DNA from: Euglena gracilis
Taxonomy: Eukaryota
NCBI GenBank assembly: GCA_039621445.1
Contig: CP154954.1
Coordinates: forward strand, 45,177,847-45,241,846
Length of the DNA stretch: 64,000 nucleotides
Direction: 5' to 3'
The first letter of the stretch is position 1. Every line of letters starts with the position of its first letter. The position numbers and the translations under genes are program-made. The notes beneath the pieces are model-generated. The model made no database searches and was not told where the DNA came from. It saw only the letters and a program-made list of their open reading frames with translations. Shown here piece after piece: positions 24,201-39,200 of this stretch.

Positions 24201-27200
24201 GGGGGCCAGCGTGTATGTCTCCGGCCGCTCACAAAGCTTCAGGTCCCCTTGGGTCGCCAGCTCCACCGTGAGGCTTTGCAGCAAATGATCCCAAGGCACT
24301 CTTCCTCAGGTGGCCAAAAGCCCACCAATTGCAACGAGAATCAAATGTGTAATAAGACCGCCTCCCATTCGAACAGAGGGAAGGAATGAAGAAGGCATGT
24401 GGATCTGTGCTGCAACTCCGCCACATTTAGACCTTTTTCGAGATGACCTGAAAAGCATGTGAAAGAAAAGATGCAAAAAAATGCAAATACGGAGGGCCAA
24501 AGACATGTGAAAAAAATTGATAAAAATCGAGGAAAAAAATGAGTGCAAGCATGAAACATATCGGTTTTCAAAAATAATAAAATAAAAACTGCACAAAATG
24601 CAAACAAAAAATATAACAAGAGAAAAACAAAAAAAAATGTTAAAACTGTGAGGGAGTGAAACGGACACTGCCCCCCCCCCCAGGTTAATCCAGGAAACCA
24701 GTGTCCTTTTCCACTAGCCGAGGGAAGGGTGTTCCCCCCTGCGCTCCCCCTCCAAGTCCTTACGGACAGTTGCCAGCAATACCTGATACTGGGTCCTTTC
24801 CCACATTGCCCTGACATCCAGAAATGCGTTGCACGGTGCCCGCAAGCTGTAACTGTGCATTCTTTGACAAAAAAAATAAGAATAGAAACACCGAGCGCAT
24901 TTCTTCCAGTTCCCAGGTAGCTGTTTTTCTGGGGGTTGGACATTTCGACACGCAGCGGTATGATGGGGGAGGGGGTCACCCCCCCCCCAAGCCTTCCCGA
25001 CAGCTTTGGGGGTCCAGCTGACTGACGGGCTGGACCCAAAGGCAAAGAAGCAAATCCAGCTGAGAATTTCCGTAGGAGAAAAAAATGCCCCAAAACACAC
25101 CCCTCCCATCGCCCTTTATTAACCCTTCACATTTCTGCCGGAAACGTCTGGGCCTTGGCTAGAGCCAGCGAGCTGCAACTTGGACCTGCAGCTTTGTTTT
25201 CATTCATGAAAATAAGTCCAAAGGTGTTCCAACTCATCGCCCACAACTCGTTGGTTGTTCTCATCAAAATCCAATACTTTGCTAAGCGTCATAGCGCAAT
25301 CTGCTACACAATGGTGCGCATGGGAGATTTGCTGCAAGAATGGGTGCTCCATTGGGAGGTTTGCAACTATGCGCTGAATCGTGTTAGTGGGGTGTACGGG
25401 GGTATCCCTACGTGGGGTGTACAGGGGGTGTCCCCTTGGTCTTCCGCATCATTGTCCATGGGTTGAACCCAAGGATCTTTTGTTTTGTGTGGGGGCACCA
25501 GCACCTTTTTCCCTGAAGGGGTTGGATCCCCTCCCCGGGGGGTCTCAAAAATTTCCTTGCGGGTATGTCTTTGCTTCGCCTCCAGCCGGTCCAGCAAGTT
25601 GTGGGTGTAGATGTGCAGACAACATGCGGAAGTCCAAGAATCATCAAAACTGACAATGAATCCACGGAAAAGCAACATGCAACATGAGTGCTTTTCCACT
25701 TGGATGTAGAGCACCACCCTTCAGCCTCACAGTCAGACCCACCCCCTCGATTCAAGGTATCCAAAGGAGCAAGAGAAACAAGAAATAAATTTTTCACAAC
25801 TTCTTGCATTTCCAACTTCTTTTGCATATCCTTTGAGCAATGCCTTGGGTGGGAGGACTGGTTGACGACGAGGATGTCCAGGGAGATGTCGAACTGGTTG
25901 ACGGTGACCATGGCCTCCGCATACACCGGGTCGGAGAAGCCCGTCAGCTGGATGACCCTGCGGCCCGGCACACAGAGGGGGTGCTGCCAGGACTGACGTA
26001 CAGTGGCAAGAGTCCAGCGTATGCAGAATTGTTGCAGCACAGCGCCTTGCCTTGCCTGGCAGGCGTGCGAACGGAGGCAACAGAACACCTGTCCAGACGG
26101 GAAATGAAGGCGCTCTTCTTTCCCTTTGCTCCAGCAAGGCTGGTCTGTGCTGCTGCCGCAAGGCAAATGACTGACACCCAGCCAGGTCTTTTCTTAAGGA
26201 CGGGGGGGTCCACTGGGTGGCCATTTTGCCAGACACTGGGAAAAAAATGGACTTGCTAGACCCCCTGGGGGGGTCATTCCTCCAGCGCTGCGCCAAGGTG
26301 GAAATCAGGGTTTTGATGGGTTTTTTGGCTGATTTAGTTCTAAAAAAAACCAAAACTGACCAAAATGAGATTTTTTTTGGCCAGTTTTGGGGGGTCCAAA
26401 AAAACTCGGCACTTTGCACTGGTCACTGGAAAAATTTTCCACCTAGATAGTCCTGCTACTACTAGTGCTAGCAGATCCCCCCAAGGGGAGTCCACTAGGA
26501 TTTCCACTAGCCAAATTTGGACGAGCTGCAGCCCGGTGGGTACCGCGAACCCTTAAGCAGAAGCCTGCAGCAGGAGGGCAACAAACTCCAAATTTACCCC
26601 TCCCAAATATAGGACCGCCCCCAGATAGACCCCAGGGGCCCCTGAGCTGTGAAACTTCTCGCCAGGCCAGGGCCATGCTCAGCGATATCCGCACACGAAG
26701 CTGGATTGCAGCAAATCCTGTGGGGCCCTGCATGCCTTCCCAATACCGATCCGGGCTTCTGGGCTTACCCTGGAAAGCATTGCGGCACTCGGATCCTCCG
26801 TCTCATCTTCCTCTTCCAGTCGATTGTGTTTGTCTGCAGCACACAGGGAAAGGAAGCCAGCGTCGTCAAAAGCAAATCCAGAGGTGGGGTTGCTCGTTGG
26901 AGTTGGGTCCCCGACCACATGGAACGGACGCGTGGACCCTGTGATGCTTTAGCGGTACGGATCACTCTCCACTTTGGAAAACCAGTCAACCACTTTTTTT
27001 TTTATTTCGAAGAGGCAAATCACAAAAAATCTGATGAAAATACTCCCCCAGGGTTCGATACAAGGGCTGGACCCCTCCAGTCAAGGGGGGTGGCTTCTAC
27101 CGTAACAAAAACAGCCAAAATGGAACATTTTTGGTCTGGAACAAAGCGCTGGAGCAAAAAAAAACACCTGTCCCCATTTCGACTCAAAATGCCATTTTGG

Positions 27201-30200
27201 GCATTTTGGGGGTCTGGAAGAAAAAAATTGACTTTTGGGGAATCCTCCGGGGTCGGTCCAGACCCCCCCACTGTGATTAAGGATTGGTATGGGGTTTTTT
27301 AAGACTGGGGGGGAGGAAGGGTCCCCCAACCAACCCACCACCCTGTGCCCCCCCCCCGGGGAGGGGTCCCAGGGGACCCAACCCACTTTTCCCCGAAAAC
27401 CAGCGGACCCAACCCACTTTTCCCCCGAAAAGGCCAAAAAATTGTGAAAAATGCTAAAAAATTGCACCTTTTTCAAAAAAAATTGGCGCTTTCGGTGCCG
27501 AAAAATATCCCACCCCCCTCTGGGGGGGAGGAGGGCTCGGCCAGACCCCTCCCCCCGGTCCAAGACTTAAAAAAAAAAAACCTGATTGGGACTCCCCCCC
27601 TAACAAATTCTGTCCCTTGGCTCTTTTTTGAGAGGGGACTTGGATCTACGTAACTTCTTTCAAAAAAAAACTTCACTGAAAACATTTTGCAAAAAGCATA
27701 AAAAATATTTGACGGAGACAATACGTCATGTTTTTCTTTGAGGAGCACTGGAAGGAAAAAATGAAAAAAACCTCATAAAATAGAAACTGCGAAAAAAACA
27801 ACAGCAATAAGCGCTGGTGCACCACCCGAACCCCATCCTCCCCCCAGATGAAATTCAGAGCCCCCTGTCCCTGAAATACATAATTTAAATGCAATTCCAA
27901 AAATCAAAGTGTTCCAAATGGAAGCGCCCTTCCGAAAAAAAGGTATTTATAATATTGTGCAAATTTGGTTTTCTCCTTGTGCAGGATGGCTGGACCTTGG
28001 ATGGCATTGAAATCCAAAAAAATAATCCCAAAATGCCCAGAACCGGGACCCCTTCGTCAGTGTCGTGCGGGGGTGCAGTGCAGTACAGAGCAGCAACACC
28101 GTACAGCCGGTGCCATTGCCGACACCGTTCCACCGCCCCGTGTCGACCCCCCTGTCACCCCCCCCCCTCCCCCGGCACACCCTTGGAGAACTGGGAGAAC
28201 TTGATGGTGGAGTCGACGGGCACGCTGGCGGCGGCCGGGGCGGCGGTGCCAGCGTCCACCACCGTGGTGGCCGTCTCCTGCAGCATGTCCGCGAACGCCT
28301 TGACGGAGCCCTCCACCAGCGCCTAGGGCGGGGGGGGGGGGGGGCTTGGCCGCTCCGAAGTTTTGGCGGTTGGCTCCGGCCAGGGATGCGAAGCCGTGGT
28401 GGGAAGGGGAAATGTCATGGAGCGGTATTCAAGGCAAAAAAAAAACTTCCAGGCGTGAGATCATTGGGTTTGAATTTGATTTTGGGAATGTGCAAGACGT
28501 TGATGATGGACTTTGCGTGTGGTGATGTTTGAGTATGGTGAAAGATCGCACAAAATTGCGGGCCCAAAAGCAAGGCTACACAAAACAAATACAAAGGTAC
28601 AGATGGCGCATAAACGTGTTTGTGCTCGATTGTTTCTGGGGACTGGGCCAGGAGGGCCGCACCCTGATGCCTGCCCTTCTCAAGCCCTGTTGGGGCAGCA
28701 GGAGGGTTGGCAGCAACTCCAAACCGAAGCAGACGTCTGGCAAAAATCAAAGGTCGCCTTTTACCAAATTACTGGGTTGATACTATCCAAAGAAGAAACA
28801 GAACAGAAAATCAATAGGGAGAAGAAAACAAAATGCAAAAAAAAAAGAAACAAACAACAAAAAAGTTGCAAAAAACAATTTTGTTTTCCTTCACACTTGG
28901 CAGGGATGTATGGGAAGCCCTGGGGGGTTCGGACCCTCCCTCGTACCTCGAAACCGTAAAGGGCAGGGGAATTGTTTGGCTTTGTTGACGGTCAAGGACC
29001 CAATACCAGGCAAAAATATGTTGAAAAGAATCTCTGATCCTTCTTCAAAAAAATATCCAAGAACGAAAATATTCTTTGAAATTGGTTTCATTTTTTTATG
29101 TGGAAAACACCAAAACATCAAAAATGTGCAATACGCTTGAAAATGAGGAAAGGGACCTTTTTGTTGCTTTTTCTGGCGTATGTGCTGGAAGAAAATTCTT
29201 CGCTATTTTTTGGAACCTGCCAAAGGCAGTGGGGGTGGGTCCAGACACCCCCTTCCAACATCTGGAGGGCGGTCCGGACCCACCACCTTACCCAATATAA
29301 GGTGTCGATACGGTAAAGTGCCTAGATAGGGGTCTGGACCCTCCCCCTAACACCTACCTCAGCACCGCAGGCTTCCCACACATCTCTGCACCTGGGTGAC
29401 TGATTTTCAGTGAAGTTCGAAAGTGCTGCGCAGCAGTTGCACTCTCCCAAACCGTCCAACCTTATAACCTCACCTTATAACCTCACAACACCAGTAACAG
29501 TGAACTACAATAACAACAATTCTTCCCCCAAACCCACCACAGAGAAAGGGGGTTGCAAAGCTAAAAGAAAACAAACGCGTTGCACAAGAATCCAATGCTC
29601 CTGCCACCCCAGGAGATACGTTGACTTCCCTGAAGGGGGGGTGATGGAACTGACCAGGGCGGTCCTTAAGCAAAAAAAAAAGTCCTGTCCCCATACACTT
29701 CAACCAAAAAATAAGGAAAAGGGGATTTTGGCCGGGGATTTTTTTTGAATTTTTTTTTGAAAAATGAACCCAAAATACATGGTTTTTTGATGAAAAATCA
29801 CATTTTTTTCCCCAAAAAATCTCCAAATTTTTAGGGTTGAAAATTGTTCGTTTTTAGGAGGGTGGTCAAAAAAATGCAGGTCAAAAAAAATGGGACCAAA
29901 TTTTGGAACATTCAATCAAATTTTACGGACATTTTTTTTCTTGGAAATTTTTTGGATTTTCAGTGGCATTTTTTTGCTTCCAAAATCTCTCAAAATCAAA
30001 ACTTTGAGAAATGTTGAAATTTTAGAAGGTGTGAAAAAAATGGGGGTTGGGGGGGTTTTGGGCAACATTTTGGGCAGCATTTTCACCAATTTCGGGAAAA
30101 CGAGGGATTTGGGCTGAAAAAGTTTTAAATTTTTTTGAAAAATGAACCCAAAATACCGGGGGGGGTGAAATTGGGGCTAGATAAAATTAGAGCCGACAAA

Positions 30201-33200
30201 ATTGGAAGCCGAAAAAATTGGTGATTTTTTGATGGAAAACCACATTTTTTTCACAGAAAAATCTCAAAGATTTCAGGGTTAAATTTGGTAGTTTTAGGAG
30301 GGGGGTGGAAAATAACGAAGGTCAAAAAAAGTGGACCAAATTTTGGCACAGTCAAATTTTACTGACATTTTTTCTCTGTCAAATTTTTTGGATTTTCAAT
30401 GGCATTTTTTTTGCTTCAAAACCTCTCAAAATCAACATTTTGAGAAAATGTTGATTTTTTGGAAGGTGTGAAAAATGAGGTTTTGAGGGAGTTTTCCTTG
30501 CGAAATGGCCATTTTTTGAGGAAAAAGTTCTGAAGTCATTTTTGGTCATCAAAAAGTGCGCTTTTTTTGTTGTGGTTTTTTTTAGGAAAAAAGTTTTTTT
30601 TAAAAAAAGCATGCTTTTTTAAAAAAAACACATTTTTTTTAAAAAACACCTGGTTTTTTTTGTTTCAAAAAAAACAAGCAGCCAACCTCGGCAAGCACCT
30701 ATGGTCAAGCCCCAAAAATCCCCCATTATAGGCCAAGTTAGGCCAATTTAGGCCATTTAAGGCCATTTTAGGCATTTTAGGCCATTTTAGCTATGGGTGC
30801 CTAAATATGGGTCCCAAAATGGGTCAAAATGGGTCGAAGGCGCCGGAAAATTTTTTTCGGGTCCAAAACTGCCCTGGGGGGGGGGGGCGGTCCTTAAGGG
30901 GCGGTCCTTAACTAAAAAAAAAGTCCTGTCCCTTATGGACCGCCCTGGAACTGACAGCCCAATTTGGGCCATTGAGCATTTTGGGTTTGAAGGAAAAAAA
31001 GAAATCAACACTTTACATCCTTCAGCACACGGAGGGAGAAAAAGCTGTCCCTGATTGAGCAGTATTGCTGGAGTTCATCACAGCTGAGGGCCCTGAGTCT
31101 GGATCATAGATTTACTTAGTGGCCCCCCGGGGCAGGGGTTTTTTAAGACCGGGGGGGGGACCCCCCACCCACCCACCCCCTGGGGGCCCCCCCCGGGGGA
31201 CCCACAAAAAAAATGCCGAAAATCGCGAAAAGTGCTAAAAATAGCACTTTTCAGCGCCGAAAAGTATATCCCACCCCCCTCCGGGGGACCCCCCGGGGGG
31301 GGGGGGGGGCTCGGTCGGACCCAACCACCCAACCCCCCCCTCCCCCCCGGGGGTCCACGACTAAAAAAAACCCCTGCCCCGGGGGGAACTTTTTCCTGGG
31401 CCCAAACCCACCCACCCACTTTTTTGAAAACCCACCCACCCACTTTTTTTGAAACCCCACCCACCCACGACCGCCCCCGGGGGGCCAACCACCCACCCAC
31501 CCACCCACACAAACTCCAGCCAACATCGGCCCAAAACACTGAAAGAATATTTCCGGCCTGGGCTTTGGCCGGGCAAAAACCTGACTCGTGGTGCACCCCC
31601 GCCCCACGGAGGGGTCCCGGTCAGGCTTGTGCTCACTGACCGGGGGGGAGGGGGGGTGAGTGCCATAGGGCGCCTGCCCCTAGCAGGCACACCCCCCGGG
31701 GGGGGGACCCAGAAATTTTTCATTGAAAATGGCCTTTTCCGGGGCCCCGGCGCCGGGGTCGGAAGGGGGGTCCCCCACCAGGCCTTCCCGTTCTGCCCTG
31801 CTCGGGGGGGGGGGGGGGGGGGGGGGGCACCGGGACCAGGCTTGTGCTTTGTCGGGTGCCTACCCCACGGGGGGGGGGGGGGGGGGGCTAGGGGCAGGCA
31901 CCCTATAGCACCCGATCCGACCCCCCCCCGGGGGGGGGGGTCTGCTATGGGTGCCTGCCCATAGCAGGCGACCCCCCCCACCCGGGAGGTGGGGTGGGTC
32001 GACACCCGCCACCCACCACATAATTTACCCCGATTTCAGGAAAATGGGGATATTGGCCGGAAAATTTTTGAAATTTTTTGAAAAATGAACCCCAAACACA
32101 TGATTTTTTGATGGAAAATGACATTTTTTTCACAAAAAAATCTCAAAAATTTCAGGGTTAAAAATTGGTAATATTTAGGAGGGGGATGAAAAAAACGAAG
32201 GTCAAAAAAAGTGGACAAAATTTTGGCACAGTCAAATTTTAGTGATCATTTTTTTCTCGTTGAAAATTTTTGGACTTTCAATTCAATTTCAGTAGGTTCA
32301 TTTCAGGGGTTCTTGGGGGACCCCCTATATGGGTCCCAAAATGGGTCAAAAAAACACCCGGCGCCGAAAAAAATTTTCGGGTCCAAAAATTGGTGCTCCC
32401 GGAAATACGGGAAGAGGTGGTGGGGGGGGTCGACCCCCCCCACCCACCACCCTGGCTGTTCGGCCGATTCCCGTTCTGCCCTGCCCCTGGGGGAGGGGCC
32501 ACACAGGTGCTAAATGATTCTATGGTCTGGACAAGAACGCTCAAGTTCTGTGCCAAATGGTGTCCAAGCATAAATTCTCGACCTTGGCCGGAACGGTGTT
32601 GGCATTCTGCAGCAGCGCCAGACACAAGACGATCCGCTCATGGGAGTCGTTGTCGATCGGGGGCTTGGAATGGGACCCAAGGCGCAGGAGCTCGTTGACG
32701 ATCTCCATTGCATCCATCTGTCGGCCACACAAGCGAAATTGGAGCTCAAACTAGTGGATTTCCCATCCTTTGAAATAGTACTGCTATTTTCCGAAACTAA
32801 AGTGAGGTGTGGTAGACTGTGCAACACCCAGGTCAGCCCATTGCAGACGCTCACAGGACCACTGGCCGGGGGGGGGGGGTACATCGGCCATTAAAAAGAC
32901 GACGCAAAAAAAACAAATAAATGCAAATAATCGCCTAAAAAAAAATGTGCGTGCAAGCAAAATCCTTCAGGAGCTCCCCTGGGAAGGACACTTTCTGCTG
33001 GAGAGGACTTGAAATACTTTCAGCTCCGCCGGGGGAAATATTTATTTTTTTCAAAAAGAATAAAAAATAAGCATTTGACCAAAAAAAGTGCAAAAAAGTG
33101 ACAAAATTTTTGCTCTTGCGGGGAAATCAGGCAAAACGAGGAATTTTTCAGAGTCAAAGAAAAATTCCCAAAATGAAAAAAAAAACGCTGGGGAAAAAAA

Positions 33201-36200
33201 CACCAAAAAAAAAACACAAAAAAAAGCGCAAAACGCGAATTTCGCCAAAATTAAAAAAATGCAAAAAGAGCACAAAAAAAAGCGCGTTTGCATTTCCTCC
33301 CCCCCCTGCAATGGCGCACCTTCAATTCTGTCTTGACGTGCTGCCGCTCGTCCCCCTGCATCAGCAACACAAACTTCACCAGTGTGTTGCACAAGGCGCT
33401 GGCCAGGAAGAAGTCCCCCGTTGCCAACAACGTCCTGATGGAATGCAAGCCTGCGTCGTCATTCGGAGGCAAAAAACGGTTGGCCATGTCTGTGTGGCGT
33501 AAAATTTCAGGCATGGCATCAGACAGCTGCCAATGAGTGTTTCACTCCTTGAAATTGATGGGATTCCGGGGGCAAACCCGAAAGAAAAATAAAAAGGGTT
33601 CTTCAACAATTTTTGGGGGAACCACCCCTCAAATTGAAGCACGATTGCACCCATGCCGGACCGAGAGATGGCATAAAGTGGAGCCCCCACAGTACCCCAC
33701 ACTCCCCCCCACTGCCCCCCCCACTGTCACCCCACCAGGGCAGAACGGGAAGGCCTGGTGGGGGGGGGTCGACCCCCCCCACCCGGGAGGTGGGGGAGGG
33801 GGTGGTCGATCCCCCCACCCAGCATTTTCACAGATTTTTTAACAAATTTTTCCCGGAGCCATAGGCGCCAGGAAAGATGTTTGGGGTCGAAAATTGGTGC
33901 TCCCAGAAAACGGGAGGTGGGGGGTCGCCTGCCCACCATGCAGGGGTGGGGGGGGGGTCGACCCCCCTCCCACCACCCTGGCTGTTTGGCCGATTCCCGT
34001 TCTGCCCTGCACCCCCACACTCATCGCACACTCCCCCCCCCCCACACTGTCACTCCACACTCCCGCCCCCCCCCCCACTGTCACCCCAGGTTGTAACCCC
34101 ACACTTACCCCCCCACACTCCCCCCCCAGCTGTCACCCCACGCTCCCCTCACACTTTTGCTCGAAACAACACCCCTTTTGTTGCAACTGAAATTGCCAAA
34201 TTCCAACATGTGGCCAAGTGTTTGAATGCCATTTTTTGACTTTTTCAGCCTTCAGCCTCGTCAGGGGGGGGGCACTCCTTTCCTAGGGAACACAAAGAAT
34301 GAATTAGTGGCAATTGGCCGAAGACAGCATGTGTGCAGAAGTGCTCACAAAGCGGAAATTCTGAGGCATATGCAGGGGGGGATTGATATCGAACGACTTA
34401 AGAAAAATTGCGGGAAAATTACGGGAAAATTGCGGAAATTGATATGGGGAATGTGCACATTTCTGCTGGAGGAGACTTAGAAAATATTCACAAATTTGGT
34501 CATTTTGCAACATAGACATTGCAAATTTTGCAAATGCAGCTTTGAGCTGGTATTCACGTTTCCAACAAAAAGGTCCAAAATAATGATTTTTCTAATTTTG
34601 AAAACATGCTGATTCTGGAAATATGGGGGGAAAATCGCCGAAAACTTTGGCTCAGGTAAAAATCTGGTTCAATGCAGAAGTTTTCTAAATCAAAATTATT
34701 TCCCAGCAGAAAGAGGGAAAACCTAGAAAAGACCCAGAAATTGTCAAATTTTGTCAAATTTTGTAAAATTTGACAAAATTTTGGAAATTTGTAACAAGGA
34801 ACAAAAAAAACGCCCGTGTGAAATGTTTGAGAACTGGCCAAAACTCATCTCAACTTCTGTTCAGGTTCATGCGGAAGAATTGCGAAAAGGGAAAAAAATT
34901 GCGGGAAAACTGTGGAAACTGCGGAAAAATTGCGGAAAATTGCAGAAAATTGCGGAAAATTGCGGAAAATTACGGATTTTGCGGGTCAATTCCCCCCACC
35001 CTGCATATGAATAAGAGTCGCATCTCTTTAAAAAAACAATGCATCTTGGGGGCAAAATGCACAAAAAGCGTGCACAATCCGAGAGAAGGGCATAAGAAAA
35101 AACCACCAAAATGCAAAACTTACCTTAAAAAAAGGCAAAAAAACCGGCTCCAAATTGGAAGTAATCATATAGAAACATGAGGAAAATATCATTTTCACAG
35201 AAAATCAAAAGGTTTAAAAAATGCAAAAAAGGGAAAATGCCGCCGCCCCCACACTCCCCCACCTGCCCCCACAGTACCCCACGCTCGACTCTGGGGGACT
35301 CCACTTGATGCCATAAACCCTCCAAAAATAAGCCCCCCCCCCCCCGGGCCGTTCTTAGGCGGCCTAACTCGCACTTGGCTTTGAAAGTGACTGTAAATTT
35401 GCGCCGACGCGCAAATCCCAAAAAAAGTTTGGTTTTCGAACACCGTGGCCTGAGACTCAAGACAGTCTGAAAATAGTGTCTCCCTGCACCCCAGGGCCTG
35501 GGGACGACAGCAACGACTAGGAACTCTACGGTCTACGGGCACAGCGCTCCCGGGTCCCAGTGTGCATAAACACAAAGCGGCGGGTGATGAAACGAGGGTA
35601 CTCCACTACTCATTTGCGCTTTGGCGCAAATTTTTGAAATTACAAAAAATAAAACCATTTGCGCTTTGGCGCAAATTTTTTACTTTTTTTGTGATTCAAC
35701 ATGTGGGTGACCATTGCCGCACTTGCACAATGATAACAACTTTTGTGTCAACGTGTGTTTCCATTTGCGCCAAAGCGCAAGGGGTGGGCTCATGAAGAAT
35801 GAAAAATTAAGAGTTATATTGCGCCAAAGCGCAAGTAGAAATACAATTTTAAAAATTGCAAAAGCAACATGGCTTGCGCCAAAGCGCAAATATAACTGTT
35901 TAAAACTTATCTCACAACGCAGGGAGAGAACGGCCCTGGTAGAGTAAGAACACCAGAGGAGATAGAGAAAAATGTAGTACAGGTGGACGGAAGCCTACTC
36001 TCAGTCACGTTGACTTAAAATTGGTCAACATTGCGCGTCGGCGCAAGAGCCACGTTGCTTTTACAATTTTAACAGTGTATTTCTACTTGCGCTTTGGCGC
36101 AATATAACTCTTAATTTTCATTCTTCATGAGCCTGCCCATTGCGCTATGGCGCAACAGTTATCAATTTTAATTTCTCATTTTTATCACTGCGGGTGGAGA

Positions 36201-39200
36201 GAGCAGTCCTGGAAGCATCTCATCACCGAGCAGACAGAGCTAAGGTGGAGGGAAGCCTTGCCTGGGACAGGAAGCCAACCCCCTGGTCTGTGAAAACAAC
36301 CACCAACTTCTTGATATCCAGACGTGTCTTGTCCTGTGCGTTGCAAACCCAACTGCCAGTGCCGGAGGTTCCTCCCACTTGCCTCGCAGTTAAGCATGCC
36401 TGAGGGGCCCTTCTTTTTGGCCGACTTTTGAAAGTCGGAAAAGTTCTGTTTGGAAAAGAACAGGCAGCAGATAAACCCCTTGAATCACAGCCGAGGAAAC
36501 AGTTTTGGACGCTGAAAAAGTGTTTTAAAGAAGCCCGTCACCCCCCTTTCCTCACCCAGGGTTTGAAGCACACAACTTTGGGGATGAGCGAATGGAATTG
36601 AGAAATCGAAAGGGTCCATCAACAACGGCGGAGAAGGGAAGACATGCTGACACACCTTTTTTCAGTAATTTGCAACCCACCAGACAGCCACATGCCACCA
36701 GGCAGATGGAGGGCATTGTTCAGCCGAAAAAGGTCTTTCTGTCAACATCCCAAGAAACCCCACTTTGTGCACTGAGTGCAACGTCACTGAGGCTCCACAG
36801 CCTACCGCTCACGATTCGTCTTATTGGAACAGCCACTCCCTCCCCAGCGCCTGAATAGTTCAAAAGCACCAACCAAGCTTCTGGCACAGCAGCGCTCAAA
36901 CACCCCTCATCGTTCTCCTCTATCCCCCACCTTCTCACACAGCACGAACGCTTTCAAATGCATCTGCCATTTAAAAGGACATTTGGGCTTAAGCGCAAAT
37001 GTTTTAGCTTGCGCTTAAGCGCAAATTAAAAATTTGCGCTTAAGCGCAAGCTAAAACAGAAGCCCCTGAGCTTTTGGGAGTCCCTCTGATGTGTTACGGT
37101 GTGTTGGGGGCCCCTCTCTGCATGGCCAGTGTGCGGGCTTGGTAAGGAAATGCATTGCGCCGAAGCGCAAAACATCATACAAAAAACTGAGAAGTGCAAA
37201 CAGGAGGCTGACGTGTAATCTGAATGAACAAGCAGTGCACTATGTAGGCATGTCCCTTGCGCTTTGGCGCAATGTATTTCCTTACCAAGCCCGCACACTG
37301 GCCATGCAGAGAGGGGCCCCCAACACACCGTAACACATCAGAGGGACTCCCACAAACTCAGGGGCTTCTGTTTTAGCTTGCGCTTAAGCGCAAATTTTTA
37401 ATTTGCGCTTAGGTGCAAGCTAAAACATTTGCGCTTAAGCGCAAATGTCCATAACCATTGCCTTCTGTTCCCGGCAGTGTGGGGCCTGGCGTTGTTCACC
37501 AGACGTTGGGACAGGTCCCTGGGCTTGCCCTCAATCCCCCCAACCCCCCCCCCCACCTGGGTGGTTCCCGCTGTACCACTCCTCGCGCTTCACGCACCCA
37601 GGGATCACAACTCTGTGACTCACCGTTTTTTCCAACTTTTCACAACGTGTGTGTAGAGTCCACCCTCTGGATGCCTCAGCAGCCAACTCTTCATGGACGC
37701 ATCACAGAGCCTAAAAAAAAGCAACAAAAAGGGCCAATTGTCACCCAGCCTGGCACCATCCGGGGAACACAGTCAAGGCTTCAAAAACAAGGGACTCGCA
37801 ACGGGGGTTTTGGCCCGTTTTTGGGAAAATTCAGGTGTCCCAGCGGTCAAACCCAGGGTTTTGGACCTTTTTCAAAATGGTGCACAGGCCGAAAAACACC
37901 AAAATTGGGCCTGTTCCCCAGGTCCCAACATCGGAAAATGATGCACACGCCACCGTGGAGGGTCTCCACGGAACCAGAGGGTCAAAAGGGTGGGTTCTAC
38001 CGCCGGGTCTCAAAGAAATCGAAAATTTGCGTGAAAGCGCAAGCTAAAAATGAAAACCTTAAATGCGAGTTAGGCCTCCTAAGCCGTTCAACCAAAAGAT
38101 CCAAAAATAAGACCCCCCCCTGACGCCAGGGACGGCGAAAATTTTCCCTAAAAAAATTACCAAAAAACACAATTTCAGACACAAAAATGATGAAATTTCA
38201 AAAATTTTCAGATTTTCAAAGTGCAAAAAAACATGGTAAATATCAACTTACACCAATTTGAGCGCCGAAGAAAATGTTCTTGGGCATGAAAAATGATGCT
38301 TTTTGGGCCCGGGTTGGTCAAGAAAAAATTAAAAATCAAGACCCCCCCAAAATAACACCCCCCCCCTGCCAGGGCAGAACGGGAAGGCCGGTGGTCAACC
38401 CCCCACCCGGGAGGTGGGGGGGGGTCGACACCCCCCACTCACCACAGCATTTTCATCAATTTTGGGAAAACGGGGATTTTGGCCGGCGAATCTTCTTAAA
38501 TTTTTTTGAAAAATGAACCCAAAATACATGATTTTTTGATGGAAAACCACATTTTTCCCCAAAAATCTCAAAAATTTTAGGTTGGAAAATTGGTAATCTT
38601 TAGGAGGGGGGTGAAAAAAACAAAGATCAAAAAAATTGGACCAAATTTTGGCCAATCAAATTTTACTGACATTTTTTTTATCTTGGAAATTTTCTGGATT
38701 TTCAATGGCATTTTTTTTGCTTCAAAAACCTCTCAAAATCAAAAATTTTGAGAAAATGTTGAATTTTTGGAAAGAGTGAAAAAATGGGGTTTTTGGGCCT
38801 CCCAAACGGGTCCCAAAATGGGTCCAAAATACACCCGGCACCGAAGGCACCGGGAAAAAAATTTGGGGTCCAAAAACTGGTGCCATCAGAAAAACGGGAA
38901 GAGGTGGTGGGGGGAGAGTCGACCCAAAAATAAGACCCGGGCCTTATTTTGGGGGGCTATTATGTGAAACACCTGGAAAAAAACCAACGTGGGAGCGAGG
39001 TAATGCAACGTACCTCAATGGCAATTCTCCACTGTCTGTGGCGATGGGTGCAGACTCTGTGACGGTCGTGACATACGTGCCATCCTTGCTGATAGTTGTG
39101 TTTGTCTGTGAAGGCAAAAAGAAGTCATCAGGTTCGGGAGAGGCCAGGGACCAGGAGAAGACAACAGCCACTCGTGTTGCACATCCTGAATGTACATGCA

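Noticed and set aside
28600-28680. Extra exon between exons 17 and 18
   Set aside because: Exons 17 and 18 join with no length gap relative to typical beta-COP.
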